Origin: Minisyncoccota bacterium
Lineage (GTDB): Bacteria; Patescibacteriota; Minisyncoccia; Phycocordibacterales; SBAW01
NCBI GenBank assembly: GCA_035546615.1
Contig: DASZWM010000003.1
Span: 64,001-128,000 of the forward strand
Direction: 5' to 3'
Length of the DNA: 64,000 bases
Under the pieces are notes generated by a model that had not been told where the DNA came from, did not search any database, and was given only the letters and a program-made list of their open reading frames with translations. A program made the translations under genes and the position numbers. This document shows positions 60,361 through 64,000 of the stretch, in pieces; the stretch's first letter is position 1; each line of letters opens with the position of its first letter.

Positions 60361-60616
60361 CGGTGGAAGTGAGTACTGTGCCTGAGCACAGTACGAGGCG
60401 GAGTTGAAAGGCGCAGCGATGCCCTGCACTGGCAGGGCCGCGAGCCGGGGTCGCGAAAACTTTTTGCGACGGCAAAAAGTTATTTGTGACCAACCCTTCC
60501 CCACTTCGGCCCACACATACCAAAAGCTGTCCTCGATGGGCAGCTTTTGGTGTTCTTTACCGCACACTTTTGTCTTAGTAATATGGCATTAGGCTGAACA
60601 AAAGGGAGTGCGTGCG

Positions 60617-61024
60617 ATGCCTATACGACCTGAAGCATCCGGCCGCATCAGGATCACGAAAGTACCTGATGGCGAAGCCCCGCTTGAAGTCCGGCAGGCA
60701 TGGGTGGGACTTGAACTGCCCTGCGGACCCATCTGTGGCTACGGCGACGAACCTCCGAAGGGAGTGCTGTCGAATGAGCCCATCAAGAAGAACATGTACG
60801 GCTTCGACGTTCCCCAGCGTGAAGCGCTGGAAATTCTGGAAGCCAGCTCTCCGGAGGCGGCGGCCTGGTGGCGAACACATGGCTTCCCCGAAGGCAACGA
60901 CTATTTCGTCTTCGATCGCCACTGGGCCGAAATCATCAGCGGCGTCACGATGCAGGAGATTACCGTGTGGGACAACATGGAGACCGGACGCTACCAGCCC
61001 GTGTTCACCTACACTCCCCCGTGA
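60617..61024 (+). CDS. hypothetical protein
   Basis: RBS AAGGGAG 8 nt upstream of ATG 60617. 135 aa, no known domain. Preceded by a ~250-nt highly structured leader. Confidence 0.4.
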   Translation: MPIRPEASGRIRITKVPDGEAPLEVRQAWVGLELPCGPICGYGDEPPKGVLSNEPIKKNMYGFDVPQREALEILEASSPEAAAWWRTHGFPEGNDYFVFDRHWAEIISGVTMQEITVWDNMETGRYQPVFTYTPP

Positions 61025-61096
61025 CAACTTCTCACCGCAAAAAACGCGAACGCCCCGGCAACAACCGGGGCGTTTCACTTTTTACGACATTGAATC

Positions 61097-61519
61097 CTAC
61101 TTCCCCTTCATGCGGGAGGCGATGTGGAAGCTCATGTACGCGAGGTAGGTCGTGACCGCCACGCCGAACCACGAGAGCCAGGTCGGGACGTCCCAGTCGC
61201 CGAGCATAAGGTCGGCGCCGGTAAATATCCTCCAGATGTGGGCGATAGCCACAACAGTGAACACTACTCCGACGAGGAATATGTAGGAGCGCTCGCGCAT
61301 GGCCGGGATCTTCCCCACATGCCACGCGTAGTGCACCAGGATAATAAAGAGGGCGAGGTCGAAGATAAGGTTCGGCAGCAGCATTTCGGAGGTTACCGAC
61401 ATGCCGAAGAACGAAACCGACTTCAGGTGCTGCTGGGAGAACCAGAGCAGCCAAAGGAAGTCCGCGGCAACGAGGCCTGCGGCGAACTTCGCTACCTCAT
61501 GCAAAGAACTGTTTTTCAT
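61097..61519 (-). CDS. hypothetical membrane protein
   Basis: 140 aa, 4 TM. Confidence 0.45.
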   Translation of the reverse strand: MKNSSLHEVAKFAAGLVAADFLWLLWFSQQHLKSVSFFGMSVTSEMLLPNLIFDLALFIILVHYAWHVGKIPAMRERSYIFLVGVVFTVVAIAHIWRIFTGADLMLGDWDVPTWLSWFGVAVTTYLAYMSFHIASRMKGK

Positions 61520-61603
61520 AGGAACATCAAATACGCACGGTTATTGATATACCCGTAAGTCTAGCGCATAAGGCTATTTCCTGGTATAGTACTTATCACC
61601 ACT

Positions 61604-62122
61604 TTGGATACTACTCGAATCAACCACCAGATCCGCTCTGCAGAGGTGCGCGTTATAGGCCCCGAAGGCGAGAACTTCGGCGTCCTGGCCCTTTCCGAGG
61701 CCATACAGCGGGCTTCCGACGTCGGTTTGGACCTTATAGAGATCTCCCCTAACGCCGTTCCCCCGGTTGCAAAAATAATGGAATATGGTAAATTCCAATA
61801 CGAACAGGCCAAAAAAAGGCGGGAAATGAAGGCCAAATCCCACGTTACCGAGACCAAGGGGGTCCAGGTAAAGATAGGGACCGGAGACCACGACCTCAAC
61901 CTGAAGGCCCGAAAGGCAGCCGAGTGGCTGGCCGAAGGCCACCGGGTGAAGGTCGACCTGTTTTTGTGGGGGCGGTACAAGTACATGGAGTTCAACTTCC
62001 TCAAGGACCGCTTGGAGCAGTTCCTCAAGCTCATCCCGGAGGAGTACAAGATAGCCGAGCCGATAGGCAAAAGCCCGAAGGGGCTCAGCGCGGTGCTTGA
62101 GCGTGCGGCAAAGGGCAAATAG
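61604..62122 (+). CDS. infC: translation initiation factor IF-3
   Basis: IF3 N- and C-domain sequence (RINHQIRSAEVRVIGPEGE..). Non-AUG (UUG) start as usual for infC. Followed by rpmI-rplT. Confidence 0.9.
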   Translation: MDTTRINHQIRSAEVRVIGPEGENFGVLALSEAIQRASDVGLDLIEISPNAVPPVAKIMEYGKFQYEQAKKRREMKAKSHVTETKGVQVKIGTGDHDLNLKARKAAEWLAEGHRVKVDLFLWGRYKYMEFNFLKDRLEQFLKLIPEEYKIAEPIGKSPKGLSAVLERAAKGK

Positions 62123-62205
62123 CCAGATACTATAGAACGAGGACGTTATATAATCGTCTCGCTGCAGAATCAAAAACAAGTTTTTGTTCACTCACTCGCT
62201 AGATT

Positions 62206-62406
62206 ATGAAAACCAACAAGTCATTTACGAAGCGCCTCAAAATCACCCGTACGGGGAAGATTATCGCGCGCAAGCCCGGCCAGGACCATTTCAACGCCAA
62301 GGAGCGCCGCTCAACCCAGATGGACGGCAACCGCTCCCAGGCCCTTTCCCTTACCCCGAAAGTGTCCCAGCGCTACATCGGCACCGCTTCTAAATCCCGC
62401 AACTAA
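62206..62406 (+). CDS. rpmI: 50S ribosomal protein L35
   Basis: 66-aa basic protein between infC and rplT, with the canonical operon position. Confidence 0.75.
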   Translation: MKTNKSFTKRLKITRTGKIIARKPGQDHFNAKERRSTQMDGNRSQALSLTPKVSQRYIGTASKSRN

Positions 62407-62418
62407 TTTTTAATCTGT

Positions 62419-62769
62419 ATGGCACGCGTAAAAGGAGGTCAAAAATCGCTCAAGCGCCGCAAGAATATCCTTAAGCAGGTTAAGGGCTATCGCTTTGCCC
62501 GCTCCAAGAAGACCCGCGCCGCGAAGGAGGCTATCTTCCACGCAGGCAAGTACGCCTTCGCCCACCGCCGCGACAAGAAGAACGATTTCAAGCGCCTTTG
62601 GAACGTCCAGGCGAACGCGGGGCTGCGCGCGATAGACGAAAAGCTTTCCTACAGCAAATTCATGGGCGCGATGCGCAAGAAGGGCGTACTGGTGAACCGC
62701 AAGATGCTCGCCGAACTCGCGCAGAAGTCTCCTGAAGCGTTCAACCGCTTCGTTAAGAAGATCTCCTAA
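62419..62769 (+). CDS. rplT: 50S ribosomal protein L20
   Basis: MARVKGGQKSLKRRKNILKQVKGYRFARSKKTR... canonical L20. Confidence 0.9.
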   Translation: MARVKGGQKSLKRRKNILKQVKGYRFARSKKTRAAKEAIFHAGKYAFAHRRDKKNDFKRLWNVQANAGLRAIDEKLSYSKFMGAMRKKGVLVNRKMLAELAQKSPEAFNRFVKKIS

Positions 62770-62771
62770 CA

Positions 62772-62802
62772 AAAAGCCGCCGAGAAATCGGCGGCTTTTT
62801 TC
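62772..62802 (+). terminator. intrinsic terminator after rplT
   Basis: AAAAAGCCGCCG-AGAAAU-CGGCGGCUUUUUU. Confidence 0.75.
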
Positions 62803-62942
62803 GTCTTCGTCAACGCCGCTTTGGCAGCACGGCGATCAAATGAGCGAGCAGCGCCTGCGCGAGCCGCTGCCGGTCTTCTCGGCTTTCCATGACTTCCTCC
62901 CGATGTGCGCCCTATATTAAAACAAGCGCCGCAGGTAAAGGG

Positions 62943-63545
62943 TCACAGCGTCGCTGTCGGCTCGAAGTGGAACGACGCCCTGTTTATCTTGTCCTTGTTG
63001 ACCAGCTCTATCACGCGCTCCACGAGAGCCTTCGGGTCGGTATCAAAGAGGATGCGGTCGTTGGGGCGGTGCCCGTTGGCGAGAATATCCTTGATAACCT
63101 CGTCGGTCTCCCAATCTGATTCCAGTATCCCGATAGGCTTCCTGTCCTCGAAGGCTATGGTGAACTCGTGTATGGTCCCGATGCGGCCGCAGCCGAAGAA
63201 CACGGCATCCGACGAGCGGGTCAGGATAAGGTCGCGGCCCGGGTAGCCGAAGCCGGTATAGACGATGACGTCCATATATTCGATAGGCAGGTTGTAGGTC
63301 TCTACATGCTCCTTCTCGGTATTGGCCGGGGAAAAGCCGAGGCTGAACCCGCCGGCTTCCTTGGCGCCCATGGCGCTCCAGAGTGGAAAGCCGGTCGTAG
63401 CGCCGGTCACTATCATGGCGCCGTGCTTGGCTATCTGCCGGCCGAGCTCAACCCCCTTCTCGTACGCGTCGATGCCGCAGTGGCCGGTCTCGGCCGCGCC
63501 GGAGACGCAGAACTTCAGCTGCAAGTGAGCGTGCTTGGGATCCAT
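62943..63545 (-). CDS. LOG-family / TIGR00725-type Rossmann-fold nucleotide-binding protein
   Basis: Motifs GAMIVTGATTGFPLW and PGGxGT-like of the LOG/SLOG superfamily. Confidence 0.55.
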   Translation of the reverse strand: MDPKHAHLQLKFCVSGAAETGHCGIDAYEKGVELGRQIAKHGAMIVTGATTGFPLWSAMGAKEAGGFSLGFSPANTEKEHVETYNLPIEYMDVIVYTGFGYPGRDLILTRSSDAVFFGCGRIGTIHEFTIAFEDRKPIGILESDWETDEVIKDILANGHRPNDRILFDTDPKALVERVIELVNKDKINRASFHFEPTATL

Positions 63546-63558
63546 TTTCCTAATTGTA

Positions 63559-64000
63559 TCAGAAATCTATCTTGGCTTCCGCATTAGCCTCCGGCGCGAT
63601 AGCCTTGGTGCCGAGATAGTCGCGGATGCGCTGGGCCAGGAATCCCGCCGAAATAGGTTCCCCCATCACGACGAATACTTGCTTGAGGCTTTCGGCGGTC
63701 TGATTGACGAACTCAAGGAGCTGCTCTGAATCCATGTGCGCGGAATAGCCGTAGATGGCCTCGATGCGGCAATGCACGAAGGTTTCCTGCCCCTGGAGCC
63801 GCACGTGCCGCTCCCCTTCCACCAGCCTGCGGCCAAGGCTCCCCGCCGCCTGATAGCCCACGACAAGCATGGTCGACTTCTCGTCAGGAAGCACGTACTT
63901 CTGATGCTCGTGCACGCGGCCGCCGTTGCTCATGCCGCTTCCGGCGATGACTATCTTCGGGCCCGGAAGCGCAGCCACCTTGCGCGACTCATCAGCGTTC
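63559..64000 (-). CDS. MBL-fold metallo-hydrolase with beta-CASP/RNA-specificity C-terminal domain (C-terminal part; gene continues past window end)
   Basis: C-terminal region (HVRLQGQETFVHCRIEAIYGYSAHMDSEQLLEFV) typical of RNase J/CPSF-like beta-CASP proteins. Confidence 0.55.
   Translation of the reverse strand, partial: NADESRKVAALPGPKIVIAGSGMSNGGRVHEHQKYVLPDEKSTMLVVGYQAAGSLGRRLVEGERHVRLQGQETFVHCRIEAIYGYSAHMDSEQLLEFVNQTAESLKQVFVVMGEPISAGFLAQRIRDYLGTKAIAPEANAEAKIDF

Noticed and set aside
59948-60420. Two-piece (circularly permuted) tmRNA
   Set aside because: It was considered because an acceptor-like GGTGGAAGTG lies downstream of the T-arm/CCA end. A proper 5' GGGAGUG lies 370 nt upstream, giving a standard one-piece fold. 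The downstream copy is an inverted repeat, not a same-strand 5' end.

Overview
The window is high-GC (about 60-65%), densely coded bacterial DNA with many short intergenic gaps and overlapping stop/start codons. Small proteins, an N-terminally short RF2, a competence-type type IV pilus locus and unusual tRNAs would fit a reduced-genome, possibly Parcubacteria/CPR-like organism, but that is a guess. Housekeeping genes identified with good support are typA, pyrG, ftsEX, prfB, gatCA, ligA, recG, pyrB-pyrC, ftsH, smpB followed by tmRNA, and infC-rpmI-rplT. A contiguous minus-strand type IV pilus locus spans 32.4-43.7 kb (pilM/N/O, pilB, pilT, pilC, two PilA-like pilins, prepilin peptidase, four pseudopilins), followed by comF and a PIF1/RecD-like helicase. 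A MacAB-type efflux operon (adaptor, ATPase, permease) lies just downstream of an ECF sigma/anti-sigma pair, and a second ECF sigma/anti-sigma pair sits at 48.9-50.7 kb. Eight tRNA genes and one tmRNA were found by eye. Most notable: a tRNA (probably Thr-GGU) split in its anticodon loop by a compact ~180-nt insertion with group I intron hallmarks, next to a free-standing HNH endonuclease gene; a tRNA-Ile with anticodon UAU; two CAU tRNAs with a non-canonical T-loop; a tRNA-Gln surrounded by partial copies of its own 3' half; a palindromic insert with duplicated macB start between the efflux genes; and a tmRNA whose 3' end is mirrored by an inverted partial copy downstream. No rRNA, CRISPR array, transposase or integrase was seen. 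Most long plus/minus ORFs opposite known genes are GC-driven antisense shadows and were rejected.
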